The notes under the pieces were generated by a model. That model had not been told where the DNA came from and ran no database searches. It saw nothing but the letters and a program-made list of their open reading frames with translations. A program made the position numbers and the translations under genes. From a virus, in IMG/VR virus record IMGVR_UViG_3300008108_000034, positions 1-64,000 of that record: 64,000 bases of DNA; one strand, given 5' to 3'. Shown in pieces: positions 46,901 to 54,559 of this stretch (its first letter is position 1; every line of letters starts with the position of its first letter).

Positions 46901-49580
46901 ACCTTTTACGAATCGAATCTATAAAATTACTGTACTTGTCCCCAAGGGAACCTACCAAAGGATTGCTGAATCCAGCAAGTGATCCTGCTTCAGAAGCTAT
47001 TTGTCCTACACGCTCCATTGTCATGTCTGGAGTTATCTTGTCAAGACCGTAACCTGATACAATCTGGTTTGTCAATTCAAACATCTGATCGAGCTGCTCC
47101 GATTTGAAGACAATGTTCATGTTAGCCTTGGCGTAGGTGTTGAACCTTTCCACCACATCAGCAGGACGTCCTTCACCTTCAAGCATGACAAAACGGATTC
47201 CAAAGGTTTTCTTGTCACCTTGTTGTTTCAGGATGACTATCTCTGGACGAATCCCCATGTTCTTCATGACATCGAATCCCCAACCTTTGTCGTTGAAGTC
47301 GATCATCGCTCTGTTTCCTTTTTCAATGGATGCGTTGTTGAAAGCATGTTGCATGCTTGCAAAAAAGTCAACCAAGTCAGAAGGTGTATTGACATTCCTA
47401 CGGTACACCAATGGTATGACCCTTGGAATAAGTTGATCAGCCTTGCTGATGAAAGATATGTAAACCGAGTTGTTTGTGTTGAAGTTCTTCTTGACAAAAT
47501 CAATGATGTCAATGTTCAATGAATCCTTGATATAACGTTCAACAGTCATATAGGTGTTTCCATTGGCGTCAATGATCCTCTTACCAAAAGGTAATGTATT
47601 GACTATCTCCCACGTAGCTTTTGTTTTACGCATTACGATCGGAACCCTGTGTTCGGTAGCTATACCCACAGGATTTCCTTGAGCATCCACATCTTGAAGA
47701 GGTATGGCAAGACGTCCTTCATGAGCATCTATGAAATCCCCGAGGTTTTGAACCTGCTCATTGCCTTCATCCATCTTGGTTTCAACAACGGCATTGGACA
47801 AGTCATAATACCTGTAGAAGATATCCCTGATGTCAATGTTCTGGTTTCCTGTGGATGCGATTCGTTTAGCGACTTCCATTTCGAAAGCCTTGTATGTCCT
47901 GATCGCTGTACGAAGCTGATCGATCTCCTTGTCACCAACAGTATTCTCATATCGAAGAACCTGTTCTCCACCGAATGCATCCATGTAGGAATCATCCCTG
48001 TAATTGATCATGTTCTTCAGCATCTGAACATGCTCAGGATTTTCGATGTCCAGTTGTACAACCGTGTTGTTTGGATATACAAATGCAAGGTCGGTCAAAG
48101 GTGTAAGCTCAAAAGACATGTCTCCTTTGAAATTGCTGACCGATATGTTGAATCCGTACGGACGTCTTATGAAAGAAAGAACAGGATTGTTGTTGTTACC
48201 CTGTTCAAGAGCACTCATTTGTGCAGGAAGTTCTGTTGTCTCGAACATCCTGGATCCAAGAGTTGGAAACATCGCACGAATCCTGTTCAATCGATTCGCA
48301 TTCATGCGTGCCGTATCCGTAGTTGCAGTGATGCGTATGAAATTGTAGAATCTCTGGTCCACAGGCATCTGAGCGGCAATCATCTCACGTATGGTCTGCT
48401 CCGCACCTTCGATCTTCTCATTTCCCAGAATAAGTCCTGTGATAAGATTCTCCATCTTCATGCGAAGATTGAGTGTCTTCTTGTCAATATGTTCAGGATT
48501 GTCCTTCCTGTAAATAGCGGTTACTTGATCGCCAGGCAGTCTTTCAACCTCAGTACCTTCAAGAGTCCTGTATTTATTTGCAATAGTGGGATCATATATG
48601 ACTTCAATCTTGGTACCGTCAGCTCTTCTCAATACTTGAACGGAACGTCCTGAAACCATGCCGATGCCTTCCGCATTGCTGAGTCTGACATAGTCCTTTC
48701 CAAACTCACGCGTCTCGGTGATTGCAGTTATTGCAGAATCCAGAAAGTCAAGTGTCGTTGTCTTCATGCTTGACTCAGGACGTCTTCTGATCGTATCCTG
48801 CATGCTTTTAAGATAACTCAAAACGACGGATCCTTCAGCACCTGAAGCAAATGCTTCAAGTTCCGATGAGTTCTCCTCTATCATATTGACAAGAGTCATC
48901 GTTGTGGACGCAAGTGACACATCGGATACGGTTTCGAGGTCTGCTATTTCATCACTTATTATTTCATCAAGTGTGGTGGATTTTTCAGTTTTTATTTCGG
49001 ATTCAACAGGTAGATTCAATTCCTCACCACCAGTGTATTCAACCTCAGGTAGTGATACTGTTTCAGATTTTCCACCGAGGTATCCTTTCTCTTCCCACAA
49101 ACGTTCATCTCTTTCCTGCTCCCTCAAGTCATCAAGCTCACGTCTGAGCGCCTCAGCTTCAAAAGGATCAGTCAGCACTGCTTCCTTGAATGCACTGTTC
49201 TTCTCCGCAATCTGTCCAACAGTTGTCTTTGTTGAAGGAGCGGGAGTCTCAGCGCGTTTTGGAAAGAATGCCTTTATCTGTTCTACAATCGCATCATAAT
49301 CAAAATCCTTGTCGCCATTCAAAAAAGGTTTCAGGTAGTTGTTCAACTTGGCATATACTCGGCTTTTCCACTCAGGTGTCTGGAGTCTGGTGATCTGAAA
49401 TGCTGCGGTATCTACAAATCCTGCATAAAACCATACGGCATGTATCTTGGACTCAGGAGCAATTGGTTGGTTCAGGACATCCTGTATGACAGCGGAAAGG
49501 TTCTTATACTTTTCAAAGTCATGCCTGTAAGCCTGATACAATGCATCTTCTAGATTGGATGAAGGAATCTGACAGCTCAT
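37998..49580 (-). CDS. Virion-packaged two-barrel RNA polymerase (crAss-like vRNAP) fused to a zincin peptidase domain
   Basis: Catalytic GSDFDID at 41424-41438 preceded by TRIPT; KRQK and DGQS motifs; HEAFH...EEYLAD at 46251-46265; 3860 aa. Confidence 0.92.
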   Translation of the reverse strand: MSCQIPSSNLEDALYQAYRHDFEKYKNLSAVIQDVLNQPIAPESKIHAVWFYAGFVDTAAFQITRLQTPEWKSRVYAKLNNYLKPFLNGDKDFDYDAIVEQIKAFFPKRAETPAPSTKTTVGQIAEKNSAFKEAVLTDPFEAEALRRELDDLREQERDERLWEEKGYLGGKSETVSLPEVEYTGGEELNLPVESEIKTEKSTTLDEIISDEIADLETVSDVSLASTTMTLVNMIEENSSELEAFASGAEGSVVLSYLKSMQDTIRRRPESSMKTTTLDFLDSAITAITETREFGKDYVRLSNAEGIGMVSGRSVQVLRRADGTKIEVIYDPTIANKYRTLEGTEVERLPGDQVTAIYRKDNPEHIDKKTLNLRMKMENLITGLILGNEKIEGAEQTIREMIAAQMPVDQRFYNFIRITATTDTARMNANRLNRIRAMFPTLGSRMFETTELPAQMSALEQGNNNNPVLSFIRRPYGFNISVSNFKGDMSFELTPLTDLAFVYPNNTVVQLDIENPEHVQMLKNMINYRDDSYMDAFGGEQVLRYENTVGDKEIDQLRTAIRTYKAFEMEVAKRIASTGNQNIDIRDIFYRYYDLSNAVVETKMDEGNEQVQNLGDFIDAHEGRLAIPLQDVDAQGNPVGIATEHRVPIVMRKTKATWEIVNTLPFGKRIIDANGNTYMTVERYIKDSLNIDIIDFVKKNFNTNNSVYISFISKADQLIPRVIPLVYRRNVNTPSDLVDFFASMQHAFNNASIEKGNRAMIDFNDKGWGFDVMKNMGIRPEIVILKQQGDKKTFGIRFVMLEGEGRPADVVERFNTYAKANMNIVFKSEQLDQMFELTNQIVSGYGLDKITPDMTMERVGQIASEAGSLAGFSNPLVGSLGDKYSNFIDSIRKRFDDIINNYQKARDDGRVSPGLIPDEFVNYALFDGKVLKVQRRIAKEDIRNNFFTKKIQTRNELVISPRDIAKRIVIPVIKRKAPAAPAKGKDYDVSAEVVDVDHSTPSVDPTVSNEKTSAGTAIDWNNLDQTSQDEDITNFKLGTNVESFVALSEEDRSEEIRVISALIPDAFSFVRKDDLQGMNVDGHVLGYYRDTVIYLNETLRVKGVVYHEAFHGVFRRLLSPAHQVYYLKEVGKLLGDYKTDSKGKYIQVGSEKVYASEFRERRSYGHLTDEQIKNLIYEEYLADGFASFMETNKVPKTWMEKLFTWLKKMINMFKKEGRIQNLYYDITLGKYRNTALRDATKDTDSVYSMDYKSIPFITFGNGNQPKFGNQIIPSYVTSELRDKMVYAMAQIRVENSDPDLKMNQLFNLARLRVLQDYKIENLIRQFPDQEQSIIERYGSHYENARWLLGTMHIPGEDGNTESFTWRNYTNDSTNDSLVINSKIQTQISQKNAQKFKNHVLDEFREVYNESTFDDTQDLEQDFQVEDEEQESGQQFANLGFANKAPYEGSSYFRKLFKYIPYEYTDPQLGVKRTKMVDSKLIFSTIRKITTNLSKSEIVPAILTEISRLNSILTHYNNVLVSRMDYGFYMPDDIAQTLELRDSLMGVYNTLASTTGITEAGAAVRNKHVMVMFQDVFNTVDAHLLQVKTETRLGAEKGEKLQAKEQTYRVDDIVVGADINRIRTEITERINTMALDKEEIIESINMLKSIATIFKSSASLKDAFFTGSQKEMFNDAAFQSFIDDVYVAISKFNLNIPYSAIMISLGWQMYLKTDSNPSNFSPDSTLRNMFRMNKSLLKEIKNLSYEFWSKQIPTVMTKAASRTEKEKTDAARGIQIDNDIIRLREAYIRSLGSFILKYNPRIGGSVTRDANGNLVHKYVKPTPAYVMIMKLQSMTDPDTDKMDIEGGLDALISEYYNGFQEYFMNNPMLDMNNPVVKTFLETMEVSAFAGFAQKYNIFQNEKQGDTSSFKGIDEKSFMLSMFGLFQSMRDVSIPGTNTTRKLFKRILTQYEATSTSIVVDGIYKEYFDAAGKQNKVGKFASHVVDLMKVIRQEYELMRKNHRELNDESVKRYEGYNDSEFNQKGQLNRGFTFNILADMFGLTADPDNVNETVSNRISNRKMLEEMAKQDKSWDSIVADPENTAALVDMVSEFAEEQYDRFETYLKEIGIGKETIKNDAGQLETVFTDVDLPTTGSPEQFKRNFFFNNWINSIFVNQIFDGPIAVGISSFANFYKRQKSGAAAGSNIYDPNRSQYGDVTTYRSSVLKDFVMYIDKNDLTKPLSLTPYEGDGNTAVQAFDGQSLNTIDRRMRMAEAAGQLDPESMQIMRRMRYETRSTRQYRDGIRRLRDAGIVFNSVKSVTAAFQYIKQSEHTFIRKEVSMLRPDLNYDTAMLELEQLYDIADYYAMQLEAGIDEMEMDPETNESTPISELYKKTMAAIHGYFVPSTKGPLGGFLHNLLNSMEYHRIEQVYDTNSSKRATVAPLDYNMITDAAPGVYLDLEKSLDNIPNELTYNQVGTSKISNRITAGIQQKLLLISQLDPNDKRYKAIKDDIETYQKGLAEAVDSQVKRMMRMFNTSDEKIVGKLYDNIRAGLRDQGADATLLQYFEVDKSGKPIFPPSMPRLANILVYYYFSIFNKNVFDKKTEGRKYYHVSPIMYPVMEMNGKVVKRADYKRNPQDYRNAKSRYLTIEKEEIEVRGEDGKMVKKDLYTVEVVIPRELKNVDQKFVEEYLSKFFATRIPTEDKRSMFIAKVVDYMDEAYGSGIIVPSQMHMLSGSDFDIDTLYAYIRSSYYAVDGTRIAYGNYKHYIEKYGMSQNEAKFIEYLTSLGRDDIMSDIISDEIRKIKDDAGYRKEQAYAFGELFGGKLNDYFTKNASVLEETENFENEQMIDTFRRLIATYNVLQKMKDSDLPTRPDELEAYEKESKSNPVTEVILNKVLDAKMNILSNPNVYERFLADKKMTADQAVAPIATLVKRRGLTEKDIYNRQNVYTPTALAVARSLNSESKDSLGIAASFNKGVSMLVTVGAEINKQMSPSMYTEIGGKLQKVNTNKIVSDSVQLVGALIGMFADAPKTPYHGPLHLNSTTTPILAAMLSIGVPQNAAILFQSLPIIVDVVNEYNQTYGSTYSRTNRRRRMGFNTFLKKYMNSILENSSEARTKLDATLVKKDYVIDQTSYKIIFNDDVSKDDPQDVIDKTVPISNFGYKITDKNNVSVSREIENLVIINEFLKYSELANEISFNISVLTDPMKALRPDMDRMDRLITTYRKAKKGEMNFFTKESMTKLFATYPVLDANMRALEYMDKVSNKVLIERTSMMRGLMLLFENIYGYDKQQIRKDINAFIGLQLQRATMEQQKEDVLPQIYMEMLDPENFLSGQIVSDYHDLLRQYPNNEFLKAIKVVSIGRTKNIRVLEMATSRLGASGREAAYADLLHLMTGDSVTKEKAHRIAYYGMIKAGAQSAEGGFYEILPAKLSQPMAQAIWNLQEDLVKLDDDMLKLAKKNPSKYTVELIGTGVFKMSDSAKEIYAERLNKIVSSNFGNMNLGDVITEAISKIISYRMMNDMEENTMVNTIDQEKINKKYFSKQEDKLLGRTMLEFFETVTGDNSRLIVKYSESKEGVKGISRPAIPGAPSVNVKSDKFDLFTPNEEGKLTISIPELEKDSQKQNFYNTMLYESGILRANEGYKFPLYRVNMYNQMMVLKTIDGKSLGEAFISTLAQNENSEIDPTLDLIGMSAEYEVVVKQGSKHVSPLAFSMKEGAQITNMLEGRAQSTTIMKSVDLPRNASVMKNKMYMISVSSVPTGNHKNKVFTRMDGSKVQTNSRLNKYQFVDGRLLQFPDAKNIANEIPKERLDSFADIFGFADWQMMIESPKFEGFVKGKESIFVYDLQNNDIPADPLTQRDDDITIEDMNRQIDEEDNRCVSG

Positions 49581-52500
49581 TTATTCGCAGTATGTTGAAT
49601 TTGAATTAAGTGATGAGAAGGGATTCACGTTAGGATCCCTTAATAATGTTGAATCGGAATTTCTGATTGAATCCTGTATTCTGGATATCTTCCTGACTCC
49701 AATCTTGTTGATTTTCTTGGTGTCATTACGCAAGGAAACCTTTTGTACTTTATCAGCGGTGACACCTTCCCTTTGGGATCTTGCAGCCTTCTTGCGTTTT
49801 TTCTCAGCGGTCTTTTCAACCTGGTCTATTGCTTCGGCAACTGACTTTCTCTTTCTACCTTTTTTTGTTGCAGGCTCTCCTTGTACTGTTTCAGCACCTG
49901 GTTTGCGTTTTCCGGACTTATCAGCTTTAGCAGACTTTTCAGCTCGTTCCTTTTTCGTAGTATTTCTACGCGTAGCTGTTCTTTGTTTTTGTCCTCTTGT
50001 TCCATCTTTCTTATCCTGTTCAGTTAAAAGTTGGTCTATTGGATTTATATACTCCTTTGTCAGCTGGGTAAGATACCCGTTTACAATAGGATTGTTGATG
50101 TATATGCTCCAGTTTTTCTTAATACTCTTACGCAAGTCGCTTGCCCACAATGCAAGTTCAACAAGCTCATCCTGAGTCATTTGGGAACGTGTCTCTGGAT
50201 TACCAAATTTAGTTCTTAATAATGTAATATTTTCAGGAGTATTGACATTTATTATCTTGTTCAGTTTGAACTGATCAACAATCTCCCTTCTTGTACGTTG
50301 TTCTACACTTTCGGTTTCAATGATATTGTCGACAGCCGCAATCGCCTGATCAAGAATATCACTCATTTCCTGCATTTCTTCAATACTTTCAGGAATATCA
50401 GCCATTGTAAGCTGCAAATGAGAGTTCACAAGTGCGGCATACTGCTGAGCTTTTCTTTCAGATGCTGTACGGTATCCGACATATTTAGCCTCTTGTTTTG
50501 GTCCATATGTCAAATCGTATGGTTCGGCAAGCTTCAAACGCTCACGCACCATACGTGTTTTGTTTCCTTTCTTGCGTTCGTAATCCCTTACAAATCCTGT
50601 AATCTCACCTTTGTCATTATACTCAATATTCCATACTACACCGTTTATGATTATTGACTTGACACTCTTCACACCATCCTCAACATCAACTACGTAATCA
50701 ATGGTCATTTCACCGCTCTCAGTTGATTCTACGACTGGATTGGAAGTCGGAGAAATCAATTCCTTGTCTTCCTCAGGTAGTAACGGATATGCGGGACTTA
50801 TGTCAGTGTAGTCATTGAACGATGATTCCTCGTTTGAATCGGGTAACTCGGTGCGTGTTCCATCAGGATATTCCACATAGAAACCACCGTCTTCATTCAT
50901 CTGAAGGGTACCTGTGTTTCCTGCAACTACAACAGTGTTGCCGACGTGATTGGCAAGTTTCGCCTTTTCATCGTCAATCTGTTCTGTCTTTTCATCAGTC
51001 TGCTGGCTGGTAGGAGTTTCCCTTAGACTGACATCATAGTTCATTTGTTCACGAATCTTCAAGTATTCCTTGAGGATCTCCATGTTGTCAATAGGAACAA
51101 GTTCACCTGTCTGATACAGATCATACTCCGTATGGACTGTGATCTGTTTTTCAAAAGCAATTCTTGTACCATCAGGATGCAGGTAATACCTGGTGACCTT
51201 TCTTTGACTCAAGTCTGTACTTTCAAAAGGGAAGTTGTTTGCAAGATCTTCAAAATCATAGCGCATTGCCATGTATTCCTCGGCTTGCTGTAGCGTATCG
51301 GGATTATTATAAAGCTCTTCTATGTTCACAGGACTCTTGGACTGGAGTATCCTCTCTTGTTTAATCCTTTCTTCCGTCTTTTTTTTATCTTGCTCTACTT
51401 GTTCTGCAAAAATTTCCTGAAGTTTACCAAGCACCAGTTCATCCTTCTTTTTTACAACTTCGTCCATTATCTTCTGGAGCTTGCTGTAATTGTTGTATGT
51501 ACCGTAAGGAGTTTTGCTGAAGGCAAGAAGGTCGTCCATCAGTTTTTTAACCTCAGGGGTCTCTATGAAATTCTTACCGACCTCGCTGATTTTACCCATC
51601 TCCTGGTAGTCCTCATAAAGACGTCTGGCATGCGCTCCCGCGCGCGCATCCATGATGTTCTCGTAATACTTTGTGAAGTTGTCAGGATCACTCAATAGAT
51701 TGACCGCCTGTATGTATTCATTGTGATCGCGTCCAAGAGTGACATAATCATATATGTCATTCAAGGCATCCCTCACTTCTTGCTGGTTTACCGCGGTGTT
51801 TATACCGTTTTGTCGGTTCTTTATCTCAAGGTATTCCGAAAGCACGCTGGCAGCACTGTCCATTTCGGATTTCACCCTGGTTTTCTTTGGTACAGTGTAT
51901 CTGATGATTTTGGTCGCATCATTCGGATCCTCCTCTTCGACAACCTCATACATGTCCTTTTCCATGGTTTCAAGAAGCTCTTTCTCACGCTTCTTGTCTT
52001 TGATCATCTCAAGTACACGCGGACTCTTGTCAGTGCCTTCTTCCAGTGTCTTTATCTCGTTGTTCAATACAAGCATGTTATCCCGTATCTCATCAGGACT
52101 GATGATGGTGTTGAACGAGGATGAAAGACTGTTACCGATACTGGGTAATGAGCTTAACCTGCGGAGTATCTCCTCACTTCTAATGGTGGATTGCTGACCT
52201 TTTGCCTCGGCGAAAGCGACTGTTGTGATGGCATCCATCAACGCCGCTTTCCTGATGCTGTACTTCATCCTTCCCGCATCGTCACCCATGTATTGGTCCA
52301 GACTGAGCATCAAACCGTATTTTGTCTGATACTTGTCATACAGATCGCTGTATCTTTTGACATTTCCAGCAATCTCATCCATCACTTCCTTGGGTGATGA
52401 TTTCCCAAGGTCTTGCGGTGAGTAGCCAAATGCTTCCTGGAACTCCGTTGGACTGAAGTTGTCACCATAACCATTCAGGAACTCTGTCATGTAATCCATC

Positions 52501-54551
52501 GTACCTGTGCGCTTGGCATGCATCACAGCTTGTATCAGAGCGGAATCCTTATTGTTGAAGTATTGCATCTTGTTGCCGGAACCGACAGCATCACGCATGT
52601 TCTCGGCATATTCAGTCTGCAGTTTTATGTTCTTGACATGTTCACTGAGGATTGTTTTGGAATCACTTTTGTAAAAATTGTTGAGGATGTCTATGGTTCT
52701 TCCAATGGATTCCTGATGTGACTTGTCACCTACCAGGTTTTTGGAGTATTGGACACTGTTCACCACAGGATTCACAAACATACCTGTCATGGCACCCATG
52801 AGGAAAACCTTGGCACCCTGTTTTGTCATCTGTGAATCAATAGCCTCTTCAAACGACTTACCCCAAGATGCGGGATCACCTTTGTATATATCACCGTAAT
52901 AATCCAAAAGATAGTGGTTGGTACCTTCTTGGATGTTTTCCTGAAGACCTTCTACAACCTGGAAGTTGGTGACACCACGTAGTGTGCTTTTTCCAAGTTC
53001 CCACGCCATCACTTTGGATCCGAAATCGTTACGGATCTGGTTCGCAATACCGAATGTTCCAAAAAGTCCTTGGAATCCTTTCAACTGATAATGCTTTGGA
53101 ACACCTTTGGACACCACTGTTTTGATTCCAAGTTCCTTTGCAAGACCTCCACCTATGCTGTTCTTGAGTTGTGAAAGAAGTCTTGAGTCCAATCCAAACT
53201 TACCAAGCATGTTACCGAACATCAGCTTGTTGCTGATACCCAGAATCGCAACGTTTGTACCGTAAGCAGCAGTTGCACTTTGTAAAGCAAGATTCCTCAT
53301 TTCAAGAAACTGTTCACCAGTGACTTCCTTTTTACCACCTTCACTCTGGTAGTCCATCATGCGGGTTAGAAACTCATTGTAGGTTCCACCTGCTTCAATC
53401 GCCGCTTCACCTGCTGCCATCTGCCATTCTGCAAATGAACGTCTGAGTCCTCCTGCTCCGATCTTTGCAAGTTCAGCGGTTGTCAGTCCAGCACCACGTG
53501 CTTGACGCATCACTCTTCCTGCATCAGCAACACTTCCTAAAAACGGAACTTTTGAAGCTATGTTCAATGCATTGTCCCAGACATCGACACCCAGTTTCAC
53601 ACCGTTGAGTCCAACATTGGATGATGCATTCATCAAACGGAGATTCTCCAGATTTGACTTTCCAAGTTTGCTGTAAGGTTGACCGATGATGTATCTGGAT
53701 CCCCCTGTTTCAAATCCTGTTTGTGTCGCCATTCTAGTGGCATCATCCGCAGTCGCTCTTGCAACATCGTCAATAGCTGACTTGGAGAACAATCCTGAAA
53801 GGAAGTTCATCACCTTGTTGGTGCGTTGACCTTGTGCCACAACAGCTGCTCCAGCTGCAAAGGGATTCACTCTGCTGATTACAGCTGTGGCCGCCCATTC
53901 CGCTCCAAGTTCACCAAGTGTTCCGAATGTGAAACCAAGGTTTTGAAGTGTTTCCGCAAGAAAGGATTTTGTAAGGAAATCATCCTGACTTTCACCTGGA
54001 CCAAGAAACAATGGATTGTCAAGTCTGCTTTGCGCCTGCATCCTTCCCAGTTCCGCAATACGATCTTCGGATGGAGTCAGATAATCAGTATTCATTGTCA
54101 ATAATGCAGCTGCGGTACGCGGCCACACATATGCTGTTTCTGCAAACGCAGCAGAGAAGTTATCTTTGAATCCCGCCCAACCGGTGGCTAATGCATCCCA
54201 CTTATCCCAGTTCTCATATGCAACACGCTCATGATCGATTCTAGGATCAAAATTGTCATTATATATTCCTGGAAAATCTTTGAAACGCTCCTTTATGTCA
54301 GGATCATAACCTCCTGTCTCAATCGGACCCCTCAACCTTTCCTGGTTGAACTTGTTGTCCATTATGTTGACAGCGTTCAGAAACGAATTTGAATTCGGTT
54401 CCGTAGGATTCTGTACAGGATCAGCTGAAAAGCTTGACTCAGGATCCGTGTAAGCGGGTTGAGTCGATGCATCAGTTGTCTCAATGGCATGGTCAGCCAA
54501 TGAGTTGTCAAATTCGAAATCGTTGAAGTCTGAACCGAGAATGTTTTCCAT
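49581..54551 (-). CDS. Giant virion ejection protein (putative membrane channel component) with a basic C-terminal tail
   Basis: Gly/Ala-rich hydrophobic segments, EAAIEAG and EGLQENIQE motifs, coiled coils; directly upstream of vRNAP. Confidence 0.75.
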   Translation of the reverse strand: MENILGSDFNDFEFDNSLADHAIETTDASTQPAYTDPESSFSADPVQNPTEPNSNSFLNAVNIMDNKFNQERLRGPIETGGYDPDIKERFKDFPGIYNDNFDPRIDHERVAYENWDKWDALATGWAGFKDNFSAAFAETAYVWPRTAAALLTMNTDYLTPSEDRIAELGRMQAQSRLDNPLFLGPGESQDDFLTKSFLAETLQNLGFTFGTLGELGAEWAATAVISRVNPFAAGAAVVAQGQRTNKVMNFLSGLFSKSAIDDVARATADDATRMATQTGFETGGSRYIIGQPYSKLGKSNLENLRLMNASSNVGLNGVKLGVDVWDNALNIASKVPFLGSVADAGRVMRQARGAGLTTAELAKIGAGGLRRSFAEWQMAAGEAAIEAGGTYNEFLTRMMDYQSEGGKKEVTGEQFLEMRNLALQSATAAYGTNVAILGISNKLMFGNMLGKFGLDSRLLSQLKNSIGGGLAKELGIKTVVSKGVPKHYQLKGFQGLFGTFGIANQIRNDFGSKVMAWELGKSTLRGVTNFQVVEGLQENIQEGTNHYLLDYYGDIYKGDPASWGKSFEEAIDSQMTKQGAKVFLMGAMTGMFVNPVVNSVQYSKNLVGDKSHQESIGRTIDILNNFYKSDSKTILSEHVKNIKLQTEYAENMRDAVGSGNKMQYFNNKDSALIQAVMHAKRTGTMDYMTEFLNGYGDNFSPTEFQEAFGYSPQDLGKSSPKEVMDEIAGNVKRYSDLYDKYQTKYGLMLSLDQYMGDDAGRMKYSIRKAALMDAITTVAFAEAKGQQSTIRSEEILRRLSSLPSIGNSLSSSFNTIISPDEIRDNMLVLNNEIKTLEEGTDKSPRVLEMIKDKKREKELLETMEKDMYEVVEEEDPNDATKIIRYTVPKKTRVKSEMDSAASVLSEYLEIKNRQNGINTAVNQQEVRDALNDIYDYVTLGRDHNEYIQAVNLLSDPDNFTKYYENIMDARAGAHARRLYEDYQEMGKISEVGKNFIETPEVKKLMDDLLAFSKTPYGTYNNYSKLQKIMDEVVKKKDELVLGKLQEIFAEQVEQDKKKTEERIKQERILQSKSPVNIEELYNNPDTLQQAEEYMAMRYDFEDLANNFPFESTDLSQRKVTRYYLHPDGTRIAFEKQITVHTEYDLYQTGELVPIDNMEILKEYLKIREQMNYDVSLRETPTSQQTDEKTEQIDDEKAKLANHVGNTVVVAGNTGTLQMNEDGGFYVEYPDGTRTELPDSNEESSFNDYTDISPAYPLLPEEDKELISPTSNPVVESTESGEMTIDYVVDVEDGVKSVKSIIINGVVWNIEYNDKGEITGFVRDYERKKGNKTRMVRERLKLAEPYDLTYGPKQEAKYVGYRTASERKAQQYAALVNSHLQLTMADIPESIEEMQEMSDILDQAIAAVDNIIETESVEQRTRREIVDQFKLNKIINVNTPENITLLRTKFGNPETRSQMTQDELVELALWASDLRKSIKKNWSIYINNPIVNGYLTQLTKEYINPIDQLLTEQDKKDGTRGQKQRTATRRNTTKKERAEKSAKADKSGKRKPGAETVQGEPATKKGRKRKSVAEAIDQVEKTAEKKRKKAARSQREGVTADKVQKVSLRNDTKKINKIGVRKISRIQDSIRNSDSTLLRDPNVNPFSSLNSNSTYCE

Positions 54552-54559
54552 ATTGAAAC

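Noticed and set aside
47649-48653. 334-aa plus-strand ORF and many other 60-200 aa ORFs opposite large genes
   Set aside because: Antisense shadows explained by codon bias of the real genes.
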